NCBI GenBank assembly: GCA_977020255.1
Contig: CDROCS010000991.1
Span: 310,001-374,000, forward strand
Length of the DNA: 64,000 bases
DNA from: Obrimoposthia wandeli
Lineage: Eukaryota
Reading direction: 5' to 3'
Part shown: positions 13,214 to 25,049 of the stretch, in pieces
Numbering within the stretch: position 1 is the first letter of the stretch
Layout: every line of letters begins with the position of its first letter
Translations under genes and position numbers: made by a program
The notes under the pieces: generated by a model
What the model saw: the letters and a program-made list of their open reading frames with translations, nothing else
The model's database searches: none
What the model was told of the DNA's origin: nothing

Positions 13214-14090
13214 TTTCTTCGTGTCTCGTGATCAGCTTCACCTAAACCTTGACAGGACAGCATATTTCCGATATCTTGGGAGCAAAGGAGTTTAAGTGTT
13301 GATGACGAATGCTCCCAGCTTGCAATCGATGTAACACATTGTCGTAATTTACTGTATTTAACAATTGTGGACAGTGGTTCTAGCCGTTTTTCAATGTGGA
13401 AAAAGACATCGAATGAAAATGCTTGGAATATATTGAAAGTTCTATGTGAAATTTTCTTAAAAAGAGAACTAATAAAAAAAAATCATGTGACAATTCAAGA
13501 AGCTTTCGTTCATGCGCGTTGTCAGAACTTTTCAATTATTGGGAGTGTGCCTATTTATCAGGTATGCATATCGCCCTTATGGAAATGTGGTAGTAGAGCG
13601 AAACCATATAACTATCAGAAGAATGGCGGCGCGAACAAATAGAAGCCCAACCTAAATGGTTTACTTCTATAACGACACTTCAAATATCAAGCATGATAGT
13701 GCTACGGTTCCAACACTACACTGGAAAAGAGAATGGATCGAGAGAAATGAGTCTTCTTAAGATCATTATCAAGAGATTGAAGCCCCTTAGTACAGCGACC
13801 AAGTCTATGTCAAACCAACGGATGGTGCACAAGTTAATGGCAGAATGAGACAGTGACAGGAACAAATTTATCGACCAATATAGATGCCGATGCCATCCCA
13901 CGTCATGTCTCTCATATAAGGCCAACGGCGACAGAGGTTATCGAACAAATGAACGAGAATTGTAATATCAAGACCCTACGAGACGATCAAGCAGTAGACG
14001 CAAACGGTTCAGCTTTAAGGTCCGAAGAATTGAGGATAAGACCATTGTACCCTTCAGACTACGTGGAATAATGTCATACAACATCACGGG
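13214..14090 (+). mobile_element. Degraded Ty3/Gypsy integrase fragment, probably the continuation of 6230-7526
   Basis: QLHLNLDRTAYF (Zn-binding region), LAIDVTH...YLTIVDSGSSRF (integrase core), PRHVSHIR (C-terminal). Confidence 0.7.
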
Positions 14091-14970
14091 GCCTGTGAAT
14101 AATTTCTTTAAATATTCATTATTAATTAGAGTTTGAAAAGTTAAATACAAGTGAAGTTTTGATGATATTTTTGATTTTTACTATGGAACATTTAATTATT
14201 ATAAATCATTTAAATTATGCAATATTTTTGGCCACTTCTGCATATAGATTTTACTCAATATATTTTCTAATAAATGAAAATAACCACTAAATTAACATAT
14301 ATTTAATTAGTAAAGCAAATTAAGAAATTCTTTATAATTTTCCTTAATGTTAGAAATAATTTTACGAATTAATTATACAAAATAATTGAATTTGATTGAC
14401 CCATCAAGTATTCATACACACATTATAGTTAAAACTCCCTGTGATTGGCCATAGCAGTAAATAATTCAGATGAGTAAATTTAAACAATTTTGTACCCTAT
14501 TATAAAAAAGGTTATTACCACATTATTATTTTATCGGTAGAAAACGTTCTCCCCCATTTAGGCCGATGAGGGAGAATAATGCGGATCAGACATAAAATAT
14601 TCTATTTTCTAATCGTCACAATTGAGAACTAATAAGTAATGGGCTTATCTTCTGAAGAAGCAATTTCCACTCCTATAGCTCTTCACAAAAAAACGTTGCA
14701 AATGTATAAAAATATTAAAAATATTATTATTTTAACTAAAAAGGTGCTTTTCGAAATAGCTAATCTCGAAACGATTTTAAATCTGGTTTTTGTTTAGTAC
14801 TCTTTCCGTGTATCTTATATATAAAGCTTGAAACATTAAATTATATAGTACGAATGTTATTTATAAATATCATCATTCAAAATAACGAAATTGAACTTTG
14901 CAAGCCGGTTAAGAGCAGCAAAAATGAAAAGTATCAAGTCAGAATATTAAATTCAAAATGATTGACGTAC

Positions 14971-15468
14971 ATCTTTGATACCATCGAGAATGAGCACGAA
15001 TCTATAGCGCTTAGCGAGCTCAGGCCAAATGTTGATATCCATGTTGATGGTGTTTGCGAAGCTGAATACGATCATATCAGCGTCAGGCAACGACTCCAGG
15101 CTGCTTCTGTGGCCAAATCGACACTGCTTGAACCAGATAGAGGTCTTATATTTGTGGCACCAAGCACGATCCATCTCCAGCCTGGAAAAAGAAGTTTTGC
15201 TTTATAAGCCCCTTTTCCCATCTTATTGAATATGTAGATCGATGTACAACTTTGATTGGGAATCTACTCACACATATTCAGACCAATGTGTACACTGGTC
15301 CATAGTGAAATACACAATCTGACGATTGACTCCACGTGACTGCAGAAAAGCCAGAAACCCAGCAATGTCAGAACCGGGACCGACACCGATACTGACAACA
15401 CGCCGCACTTCTTCTGTGAGGAATGCCTCGATCTGCGGTGAGTCCGGAATGACGCGCAAAATCAATGT
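14971..15468 (-). CDS. Two internal exons (15468-15272 and 15181-14971) of a class I SAM-dependent methyltransferase-like gene
   Basis: VVSIGVGPGSD glycine-rich motif I; downstream DMIVFSF. Canonical splice sites (TTTAG|ACA, GT|GTGAGT, TTCCAG|G, GAT|GTACGT) preserve frame across a 90-bp intron; exons GC-richer than flanks. Confidence 0.6.
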
Positions 15469-17933
15469 CTAAAGAGCATTAAGTACAGCCAATGGCTTTC
15501 ACAATTACCTGTACGAAACTGGTAGCACTGTTTAGGAAACGATTCCTGGCGTAAACGGCCCGGAAATATTCGTTTTCATAGTAAGATGTCATAAATTCCT
15601 TTTTCCCTGATTTGCCTATAAAAGTTATACATTATTAAAGATCAGAAATAACTCAACAAAGTACTACAATTAGTCCAAATGTTTAATTATGATTAAACAT
15701 TTTCGAAAATAAATACAGGAAAAATAATTTAGTTAATTTATTTACTGATGTATACCCTCACAAGTATCGTCATCTAGAAACAGTATAATATATTGTAATA
15801 TAAATTATTCTTTTACGTTTACTATAAAAAATTACAACCTTGTATAATTGGTATAATTACTCTAAAAAACATTACCCCATTCATTGTATAAATAAGGTCC
15901 TTTGTTTTTGTTATCAGATTTCAAATTTTCTTTTACTAGAGATTCAATGGGCTTGTATAAATCCAATAAAATCTCCATTTCTTTCGTCAATAAATTTCGT
16001 AAATGGGAAAATGATTCAATTTTCCAGTTTTCTTTTTCTTCTTCCGTTATTTGACTCAGATAGTTCCAAAGATCTTGATGAACTTTGTCAACTTCTATTT
16101 TATTAGAATCTCCAGACATTTTTATTTTTTATTTTAAAATAATTCAGTTTAAGATTTGTTACTTTCCTCCATTGAAGTATTTCTAATGAAAAATATAGGT
16201 TATTGTTATATAGCATAGTCATATGAAATGTTAATTATTAACTTTGACAAAAATATGGGTAAATTATTATAAAAAATTCTTTAAAAAGTCGTCATTAAAA
16301 AACTATAGACATATGATAATCTTTTTTACTTTTCTCTTTCATTTGAGATTTTAAAATTAATTTCTAATTATTAAAAACACTATAGAAAGTTTTTTGTACA
16401 ATGTTGACCCTTTAAATGCACAATATCATACCCCTTATTTTATCGACAATTCTGCTAATTCATGTAAAGATTCTTAGAATTTTTAGATATTAGGTTATTT
16501 ACGTAATTTATGATGTTTACTTTACTCTTCTGACGTTAGATAAATCCAAACGAACTCTTTGAATAAATGACATTATAAAATTCAAAACTCAGCTGCAAAA
16601 TAATGAAAAAGAGGGAAACAGACTCGACACAATTTAAGACTTTTGAACTTCATTAAACTTTTAAAGAATATTTTATATAAATATTTGCTAATAATTTTTA
16701 TAAACATTTTTAAGATTTTTAAGTAACGAGGTCTATGCCGAATTACATTTGTGCCATAATGAGTATAACTATAGTAACGTAAGTAACAAAATTATTTATT
16801 TTACAATTTTGATTTCAAATTTATACTATACTAGAGCAGGTGAAAATAACACAACTTCTTCATCAACTTTGCATTATAAATTATTTCAATCACACTATCT
16901 GCATTACCACTAAAATTAGTTTTGGGTTTGCCTCTTGATACATCACAAGCCTCAAACTTAACGTCTCTTTCACTATCGTAGCATATTTTTCTTCTTCATA
17001 GGAATGACTACATTGTTCATTACAAAAATTACACCTATTATAACAATAAGAAAATTCAACGTAAAATACAATAGACTAATAGCAACTACAATAATCAGGT
17101 ACAGACAAGCACATCACATGTGTGCATTTCAAGTAAACAAAACACTATAGAGTACATATACAAATACGGCCTATCATAGGGCCATTTGAAGCATGATTAA
17201 AACTTTATTTATCAACAGCAGCAGTTCTCAAACTTTTTGTATATTACCTGTTTATTAAGCCAGATCTATTAGTGCGATCAGTATTGTTACAATATGATAG
17301 GACATAACATTGGGTTTCTGAATACATGTAGATACTGTTGGGGTTTCTATATGAAACTGTGTTCTAATATAGATCCTCTGAATGGAGGGCCCCAACGTGA
17401 GTTTTATAGAAGCAGGACTTGTAGATGTTTGTGGCCTACTTAATGTTATGCTTGCCTGTCTCAATTCTTATCTGAAGGTTTGTTGTTTCTAAATTTGAAG
17501 GGTCTATAACAACGCTTTCTAGTTGTAGGAAATCGTTTATTACTAAGCACACTAAATTAACACGTCTAAGTACGTTCTAAAAATTACAATACAATTCCTA
17601 AGACTTCTGTAAGTCTCTACACAAGTGGGAATGATCCACGTATCGATTTTACTTTTAGGGTTGGTTGGTCGCTAGAGTCTTTACTCTAAAGGTGGCAACG
17701 TTAAAGTGATCGGTTTTCGGAGAACTATTTACTCTAAAATAGGGATTGAGTTTAGTAGAGCTGTTGCTCTAAAAATATAGGCAAATATGGGTTAAGTTGA
17801 GTTGGGTGTTGCTCAAAATATGGATTGATTTTATTCACTCAAAAACTTCTTCAAACTTTATATCTTTCAGATTATTTTATTCACTCAAAAACTTCTTCAA
17901 TTAAGCAAATACCAAATTAAGCAAATATAAATT

Positions 17934-18113
17934 TTTTTACTAGTTTAGTTTGTCAATTCTTTATAGACTCTCAATTACAATTTTTACTAGTTTAGGTTGT
18001 CAATTCTTTATTGACTCTCAATTACAATTTTTACTAGTTTAGGTTGTCAATTCTTTATTGACTCTCAATTACAATTTTTACTAGTTTAGGTTGTCAATTC
18101 TTAATTGACTCTC
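17934..18113. repeat. 47-bp tandem repeat, about 4 copies
   Basis: CTAG anchor at 17940, 17987, 18034, 18081. Confidence 0.9.
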
Positions 18114-18242
18114 ACCTTCCTCTGAGATTGTAGGATATCCTCTCGTCGGTAGTGATCCTCCGTGGTTTCTTCGTGCAGTATCTTTAGTCCACGATCAATT
18201 CCCTTAGACAGCCTCTTGTTCACTCTGGAATCGATTTCCTAG

Positions 18243-18470
18243 GCTCAGTCGGCGAATTTCTTCCTGGGTTTGCTCTGGCTCCGTTTTGGTTGTAATTAGT
18301 TTTTTCTGGCGAATTAAGCAATTAAATTTGTTCTTAAATACAATCTCTCACCTCTCAGTTCGGTCGGCGAAGTTCTTCCTGAATTCGCTCTGGCTCCGTT
18401 TGAGTTGTAATTAGTTTTTTCTGGCGAATTTAGTAATTAAATTTGTTCTTAAATACAATTTCTCACCTCT
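18243..18470. repeat. Tandem duplication with a period of about 115 bp
   Basis: GGCGAA..TTCTTCCT...GCTCTGGCTCCGTTT...CTCACCTCT at 18251 and 18366. Confidence 0.85.
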
Positions 18471-19292
18471 CTTCCTTCCAAGACACTAATGGGATTCTGT
18501 CTCTCTGAGCGTCTGCTAATGGACTGTCTCTCTGAGCGTCTGTTGATGGACGAATCTGTATCCTAAAATGTAAATGATTGCACTTAAAATTAAGTGCTCT
18601 TACTTTAGTGGCGGGATTCCGGCTGTCGTGTTTTCAGCGCTTCTCCAGAGATAGACCTGCTTACTGGCGTCGCTAATGGATTTTCTACTTCTTTCTTGTC
18701 TTCTCTGATTAATTAATATTCTCTTCTTCCTAATTGCCTCTTGCTGGCCTTAGCCGAAAAGGGAATTTAGCCAAGAAAATTCGATATTGAGATACAGATA
18801 ACTCTTGTTTTGGGGCCCTTTACTTTAATTTTAACCTATATATATATCGTACACTAAACATGACCTTTAAAGGTCCTAATATTTTTCTACAAAAACTATA
18901 TTTAATTTCAATTTTAATTTATATTTCAATTAATTTAGTCTATATTTAACCTTGCTTTCAAGGATTTTTATTTTAGTATAAAATCAATTAATTATTTAAA
19001 ATTATTCAAAACCTAATCCTAACATATATCGGGGGTTCCAAAAAAGTTACGTCCTCGGAACGTATCGATTTTAATTCACTAGTCCAAGATTTTAGAAAAC
19101 ATCCCCACTTAATTTCAGACATTCACTTAATCTTCAAACACACCCACTAGTTCAACAAAACTCGGTCTTTTTCGGTTTTATTTGAATAATTCGGACATTG
19201 TCACGAATATTCAATTAGTATGTATTTTTACAAAAATGTGTGAATGAGAAGGTTAGAGAAGGAAAGGAGAAGGGCAGATAAGGTGTCGGTGT

Positions 19293-19829
19293 TCAATTGT
19301 CGATGGTGAGGTCAATGGTGGCAGCCGGTCGGTTGTGCTCCTCCAGAAACAACATAACCCGCTCCAGGGGTAGTACCGGGAATGATGGAGTAGTTCCGAA
19401 ATACAGCTCCAGCTGTTGGAAGATGTTGAGGTGGGGACTTTGTCGAAATTGAGGGTCGCCGAGACTGCGTCGCTTGTAGGCGCTGAGCCAAACCTTCCGA
19501 GCGTACTGCCAAGAGTGGCGGTCACGGCTAGATCGCCACACCTCTCGAACGTTGCGCTGTGCGTCGCGACGGCGCATAGGGTATATGGGGCATTGGCAGT
19601 GCTCGCCACCAATACAGTTGGTGGGTGAGCGGTTGCCCTTTGGACGTCCACGGCATTGGATCGTCCACTCGGTGAAGGGTGCTTGGCACATCGGGCATGT
19701 GATGTAGCCGGTGGGCCGAGCTTTGGCCCACATATAAAGGCACGCCTCGTGAAACCTGTGACGGCATCCGGCAGGGATTGCCGAGGAATCCCGAACTCGT
19801 TCGAGGCACACCGAGCATATCATCTGCAC
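19293..19829 (-). CDS. RING-H2 E3 ligase-like protein with C-terminal SUMO-interacting motif
   Basis: CSVC...CRHRFHEAC...CPMC (C3H2C3); ends ATIDLTIDN; intronless, GC-rich; probable ATG at 19823. Confidence 0.8.
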   Translation of the reverse strand: MQMICSVCLERVRDSSAIPAGCRHRFHEACLYMWAKARPTGYITCPMCQAPFTEWTIQCRGRPKGNRSPTNCIGGEHCQCPIYPMRRRDAQRNVREVWRSSRDRHSWQYARKVWLSAYKRRSLGDPQFRQSPHLNIFQQLELYFGTTPSFPVLPLERVMLFLEEHNRPAATIDLTIDN

Positions 19830-20165
19830 AATGGTATGTTGGTTAATTACTTTTTTATTTGAGGTTTATGTGATTTTAACCCTAATATTTTAACTTTAAT
19901 ATTTTAACCTTAATATTTTAACCAACCGAATTTTGTCTTTTCTTTGGGTATGTTTTTTGCATTCTAAGTATAAAATTGTCTTTTGGAATTTCAGTATAAT
20001 AATTACAATTTCAAATAAGCATCATACATAAAAATGGTAAAGGCCATTTTACAGTTTCACAAGATTATACAATTATGAATACAATTCTGGTAGCTATTTT
20101 ACCGCGGTATGCGATACACAGGGTTAGTTCATGATGTCATGTTTATGTAAAAAAATTACCTTTGA

Positions 20166-20471
20166 TTACTGATGGCTGTTGGGCTGGCCTGTGCGTCGCT
20201 CCTCCACGCAGAACATGCATCAGCAGTCGCAGATGTCATTCCAGTAGTGTACGATGAGTACCACTGCTTGGAGACTGTCTTGGTCGTATACGAAGTGTAC
20301 CGAGAAGGATGCCCTGCACATCGGGCAGGTTGGGTAGTCGAGGGGCTTGTTGCTGTTGACAACTGGGATCCATGTCTCGAGGCATTGGACATGAAATTGG
20401 TTTTAGCAGTTGTTGGGTTTAGTGTAGAGGTCCACGATGTTCTCGTAGCAGATGGAACATTCTCCAGACAT
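20166..20471 (-). pseudogene. RING-H2 gene paralogous to 20532-20831, two in-frame stops
   Basis: Manual translation MSGECSICYENIVDLYTKPNNC*NQFHVQCLETW...PTCPMCR...WNDICDC*CMFC; not in the ORF track because of the stops. Confidence 0.8.
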
Positions 20472-20531
20472 TGCTGTGAGAGGGGTGATGTTGAATTTGG
20501 GCTCGATTGAGGGTTGGTGGTTGTGTGATGT

Positions 20532-20831
20532 TTACACAAAAGTGGTCGAATCTTGTTGTTCTGATGTACAGAAAAAACACCAACACTCTCTCAAATTCTT
20601 CCAACAGAATACCACCTGCACATCTACATCCTCTTGGTTGGGTTCTATTATGATGAATTTTGTGAATTGTCTTCTGCATACAGGGCAACGAGGGTATGTT
20701 GGATGTAGGAATTCTCCATAAGTTCGGATCCATTTTGATAAACATTCCTCGTGGTGTAAGTGGTTGCAGGTATTGGGTCTTGTTCTTCGTTCGGTTATAT
20801 CTTCCAAACATATTGGGCATTCCTCAGACAT
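20532..20831 (-). CDS. Small RING-H2 protein (99 aa)
   Basis: CPIC...CNHLHHEEC...CPVC plus C-terminal CWCFFC. Confidence 0.85.
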   Translation of the reverse strand: MSEECPICLEDITERRTRPNTCNHLHHEECLSKWIRTYGEFLHPTYPRCPVCRRQFTKFIIIEPNQEDVDVQVVFCWKNLRECWCFFCTSEQQDSTTFV

Positions 20832-21019
20832 TCTAAATACATGATGACAATTAATTTCTACATGAATTTTACATAATTCTACACTTGTTTGTACACACTC
20901 TTCTACATATCTCTACATATTTTTACACACTAATTTATCTACAACCTCCTCTGACTTGTCATGTCTTGATGGGAGGCGAAGGTAAGGGTCGCAATTCTAC
21001 TTCCTCCATCGTGGGTGTG

Positions 21020-23640
21020 TTACAGCATCGCAACTCTTTGGATCTCCGTCGTATTCTTGGACATATCTGACTGCTTTTCACGCACACGACTGTCAATAGA
21101 ACTACTGCTTTTCACGCACACGACTGTCAATAGAACTACTGCAGTTGACACTACGGCCATTACAAATAAAGCATTGACTGCAGTTATCCCGCTGTCTGAG
21201 GATTGGTAATCGTACTTTATTTTGTTGTTTGTCAGTTTGAGTGGCGTCTCAATTGGTGCTGTTCGGTTTCCGTATATTATGTCCGATTTTCTAATAATTC
21301 GCGGATTGGGATATTTTGTTTTTTGTCTAACGGGTATTATTATTCGAGATTTGAGATCCAGTGGAATCGTTCCCTTCACTCTTGTCCTCTCGATAATTGT
21401 GCTTTGGTTTCTGGAATCGAGTTCTTTTCCTTTCACCTTTGCCTTCTTTATGACTGTGTTTGGTTTTCCGAAATTGAAGTTCTTGGGTTTGATGCTCATA
21501 CCTAGTCCACGAAATCGACGTGTCTGGTATCTTATAGTGATATAGAATATTTCACCCGTTATTACTATGATTACGGTAGAGGTCTCTTTAGCATTACTGG
21601 AAATTCAGTTACATAGACATTCTGCATCATAATGTGGAACTAACATTTGGGGTTGTATTGCGAATTTGATTCCGTCATCTGGATTGGGACACGCCACTGT
21701 TACCTGGTCAGTTTCTAACAATCTGAAGAATAAATTAACAGAATTCCATACAGTTTTACGTCGTTTACCTGTGACCATAATCCTGTCAATAACTTTCCAG
21801 ATGCGCTCGTCGTTAAGCAATATTACTGACTTTGTTCGGATAATTTGAATAATCCGTTTCTTTTTTGATACTGTTATTCGTAGGTATAATACCTTTTCAT
21901 AATAGAATAGTATCAGTCGGTAGTAAAGTGTGTGTTTGTCAATCTTTATTTCAATCTGGCGGATGACATACAATTTCTGATCGACATTTTCGGTTGCGGA
22001 TGTTTGTAGTTGAATGTCTACTATGTGATTCGTTTTTAGTAGAGGTATTTCTATGTATAACGCACGTATCGTATCTTGTCTCCATTTACTGATCATGATC
22101 TCGTAACCAGCCTCGGTCGTGGTGATTTGCATGATCAGCATGATTCCTATTATCGTCCGGTTCCGAATCTCAGGAACTTCTCTGGGATAACTCAAGTTAC
22201 TCATGAAGTACGGTCTTTCCTCGATATGTTCATATATCGTTGGCTGATACTCCGGTGCTGGTTCATTTATGATTGCTGGTCTTGGTATAGTTGTGTCGAA
22301 TTTTTGTTAATTCATTTAACCTGTTCGTCTTGCGAGATCGTGACGTTTCTTTTTTGATTTCAACTCTATCTTTGTACAACAAAACAAGATGAGCAATATT
22401 AATATTATGAATCCGATAATCAATGCCAGTATTGGATTAACCAATTCTAGAATACCATAACGTATTGCTTGTATCCCTTTACTTTTGATGGTTAATATTT
22501 TAAATTTATGTGTACTTTGGTTGGACAGGTCACTGAGAAGTACTATTTTAGTTTATCTAAATGTGTATCCTTCACATGTGACAACACTAACATCATAATA
22601 TCCATTTAGTGTTTTCATTTCTGTCGCTGGTATTATACATACTCGTTCTGGACATCCTTTCACACACATGATCATCACGGCTTTACTGTGAGACGTCTTG
22701 ATTATTTCTAAGGTGTTGTCTAGATTTCTCAAATGTAGATTATATTCAGCTAGCGTCATCAATTCAGCTTTACTCGTTGAAATGGCTTGTAGTACCAATC
22801 CAATTACTACTCCGTAGATCAATCCTTGTGCAACAGTGCACAGGGTCTTGATTGTCCTTTTGCAAACAGTTTTGATTATTATTCGTTTGAGAGACATCTG
22901 TTTCTGGTTATGTCGTTTTGTCTTGGTTGTCTGTCGTTGCTTTGACATTTCTTCGATTCCGGTCTTTCCGATAATCAACTGTACCTGTTTGCCTTGTATC
23001 ACTAACTTTCCAAACCCATTTTTGGCGGACAAGCATGTTTTATGTCCTTCCTTCGTTTCGATTATCACTCTCTTACTTCCATACTCACGTGTTTTGATGA
23101 CATCGCCGTCGAATATATACGTTGTACCTTTTGTATCCGCATCTTTTTGTATTTCCTTTACACTTCGTTTTCTTCGCCTGCATCCTGCGAACGTTGCTGA
23201 TATTCTATCAAGTGTGCGTTGTCGGTTAGCTTCGTAGTCCATTCGGAATTGATTCAGTAGTCTGTTTTGTGGATAATATATCGCTTCATTCACTATGTTC
23301 TCCTCGATTCTTTCGTCTAGATAAACAAGTACCTGGTTTGTTGGTCCGTTTGGTCTCTTCATTTTAACAAACTGGAATCTCTTTCTATCGGTTCTTATAG
23401 ATCGGAAACATTTTCGGATTAGCCAAACATCGATCAGTCCTATCAACACTAAGAGCATCATCAGTGTCGGTGTATTGTACTGCATGATGTAGTTGTTGAT
23501 TTCTTTAAACCAGGAACTATTTCCGTGGTTGGAGCCTATCTCTTGTGCTCCCGTTGTTGGCATTAGACAACTTAACAAGCCTAGTGCTAGCAATCTTCGG
23601 TACTGATAGCTGGGCACTGTTGTTGTAACCTCATTCATTT
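21020..23640 (-). pseudogene. Orphan membrane-protein tail of the polyprotein (ORFs 22553-23899 C-terminal part, 21605-22204, 21020-21499)
   Basis: Several hydrophobic segments (LLALGLLSCLMPTTGA; LMMLLVLIGLIDVWLI; LIYGVVIGLVLQAI; IIGIMLIMQI; LFVMAVVSTAVVLLTVVCV); same strand and A-rich bias as upstream polyprotein; no recognisable family. Confidence 0.5.
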
Positions 23641-23689
23641 CTCGTTGTAGCTTCCTTCTTTCGGAGTATTTCTCTATTTCTCGAACGAG

Positions 23690-24075
23690 TAACGGTTTGA
23701 ATTCCGTATCTGGTCTATTCTGTTTGATATATACCATCGCTTCCTCTGGTGTATGATCATGGTACTCTACCAACAAGGATACACCTATGGTAGGTGCTAA
23801 CATTGTACCTTTTTTCTGATATATCAGAACGCCGTTTCCTTCTGTGACTTCGGCTTGGATAGTTTGAGTCAACTTCATCAGGTGTTGTTTGTACGTCATT
23901 TACCTCCCGATTTGAAGCATGTATATATCGTGTAGTGTCATCTTCAGTATTTTGACATATGCTGATTATCTCGTTTCCGACTTCAACAATGTTAATTACT
24001 CGGTTGATACTGTGGAACTTTAATCCAGCAGTATCTATATCTCCTGGGTGACATAGAAATACTATCGGCATTATC
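23690..24075 (-). pseudogene. Second DUSP-like domain lacking the catalytic motif (pseudophosphatase)
   Basis: MPIVFLC...SINRVINI, one frameshift near 23910, then GNGVLIYQKKGTMLAPTIGVSLLVEY...EEAMVYIKQNRP aligning to the DSPc C-half. Confidence 0.6.
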
Positions 24076-24189
24076 TTGGTGATTTTGTTGACTCCTGCTA
24101 AGAATAATCCGGTCAACGATACTGATTGGAAGAAATTCTTTTCCTTTGGATCCTCGGGGATGTCATCCATCCGTCTTCGGTCTTGCAAC

Positions 24190-24600
24190 AGGAGTTGGTA
24201 ATTTGACAATTGTCACAAAAAATAAAGGTTTGGGTTCGCGATACTTCGTCTTTCTTGTAGATATTTCAGCGCTTCTAGTACCTGCATTTGTCTACTCTTT
24301 ATTAGATATGCTAATACCAAGGTTGCTGATCTAGAGATTCCTTTCTGACAATGTACCAACACCTTTCCTTAGTTTTGGAGTTCTTTGTAAATTATCTCGT
24401 TTGTTTTTCCGAACCATTCGAGAAGATTAGCCTCCATTGAGTCTTTCACTCTTAATGTCCTAGCTGTGATTGTCTAGTATCGCGATTCGTGATTCATTGT
24501 AACATTGATCACATATGTTATACCTTTTTCCAACAGTTTCTTTTCGTCTGTTGTATCTTCTACATTTCCGAAGTATAACATATCTGGAATTATCTCACTC
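24190..24600 (-). pseudogene. Dual-specificity phosphatase (DSPc) domain of the polyprotein
   Basis: IIPDMLYFG...GITYVINVT...KVLVHCQKGISRSATLVLAYL...NPNLYFL*QL; HCxxGxxRS at 24327-24353; three in-frame stops. Confidence 0.9.
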
Positions 24601-25049
24601 ATTGGTGGCATCAATTCTGACTCCTCAAGTTTTAGTCTTTCTAATCGCTTCTCTATTTGTTCATCGACGATGGATAGTTTCGCCAGTTTCTTTCCTCTCA
24701 GCATTCGTATCGCGGAAGAGATATTCATCTTTGTTTCTGATGTCTGTTCCTTTGTTAGTTCCTCTTCCGACTCGGTCTCTTCTGCCGATTTAATTCGCCT
24801 TTCTTGTATATTCTGTTTCACGAAGTCTATGTTTCGTCTTTTTCTGCTCTCTTTAGCGAATTCAACCTCCATGGTTCTTCCGAATCGCTCTATTATGTTA
24901 TCTTCGGATTCTGTTGATTCTGGATCGCTGCTTTCAGGTTCACTGTCTTGACTAGACTCGCTCGAAGGGTGTTCTGGTATGTCTGTTTGAACTGAAATTA
25001 ATGAAGGGGTTAGAATAATTGGATTGACTGGTTCTGAGTCCCTGTGAAT

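Larger units (their letters stand above)
17524..19101 (-). repeat. Candidate 3' LTR / terminal region of the giant element (unpaired)
   Basis: On the element's sense strand AAGTGGGGA (PPT-like) precedes TGTTTTCTAAA (19101); the region ends ...TTTCCTACA (17524) with AATAAA just inside. Strong strand asymmetry and internal repeats; no second copy found in the window. Confidence 0.35.

Noticed and set aside
19253-20820. Overlapping alternative ORFs around the RING genes (19253-19651, 19416-19628, 20156-20539, 20172-20510, 20419-20820)
   Set aside because: Stop-poor GC-rich sequence; the RING frames explain the region, including the interrupted gene at 20166-20471.
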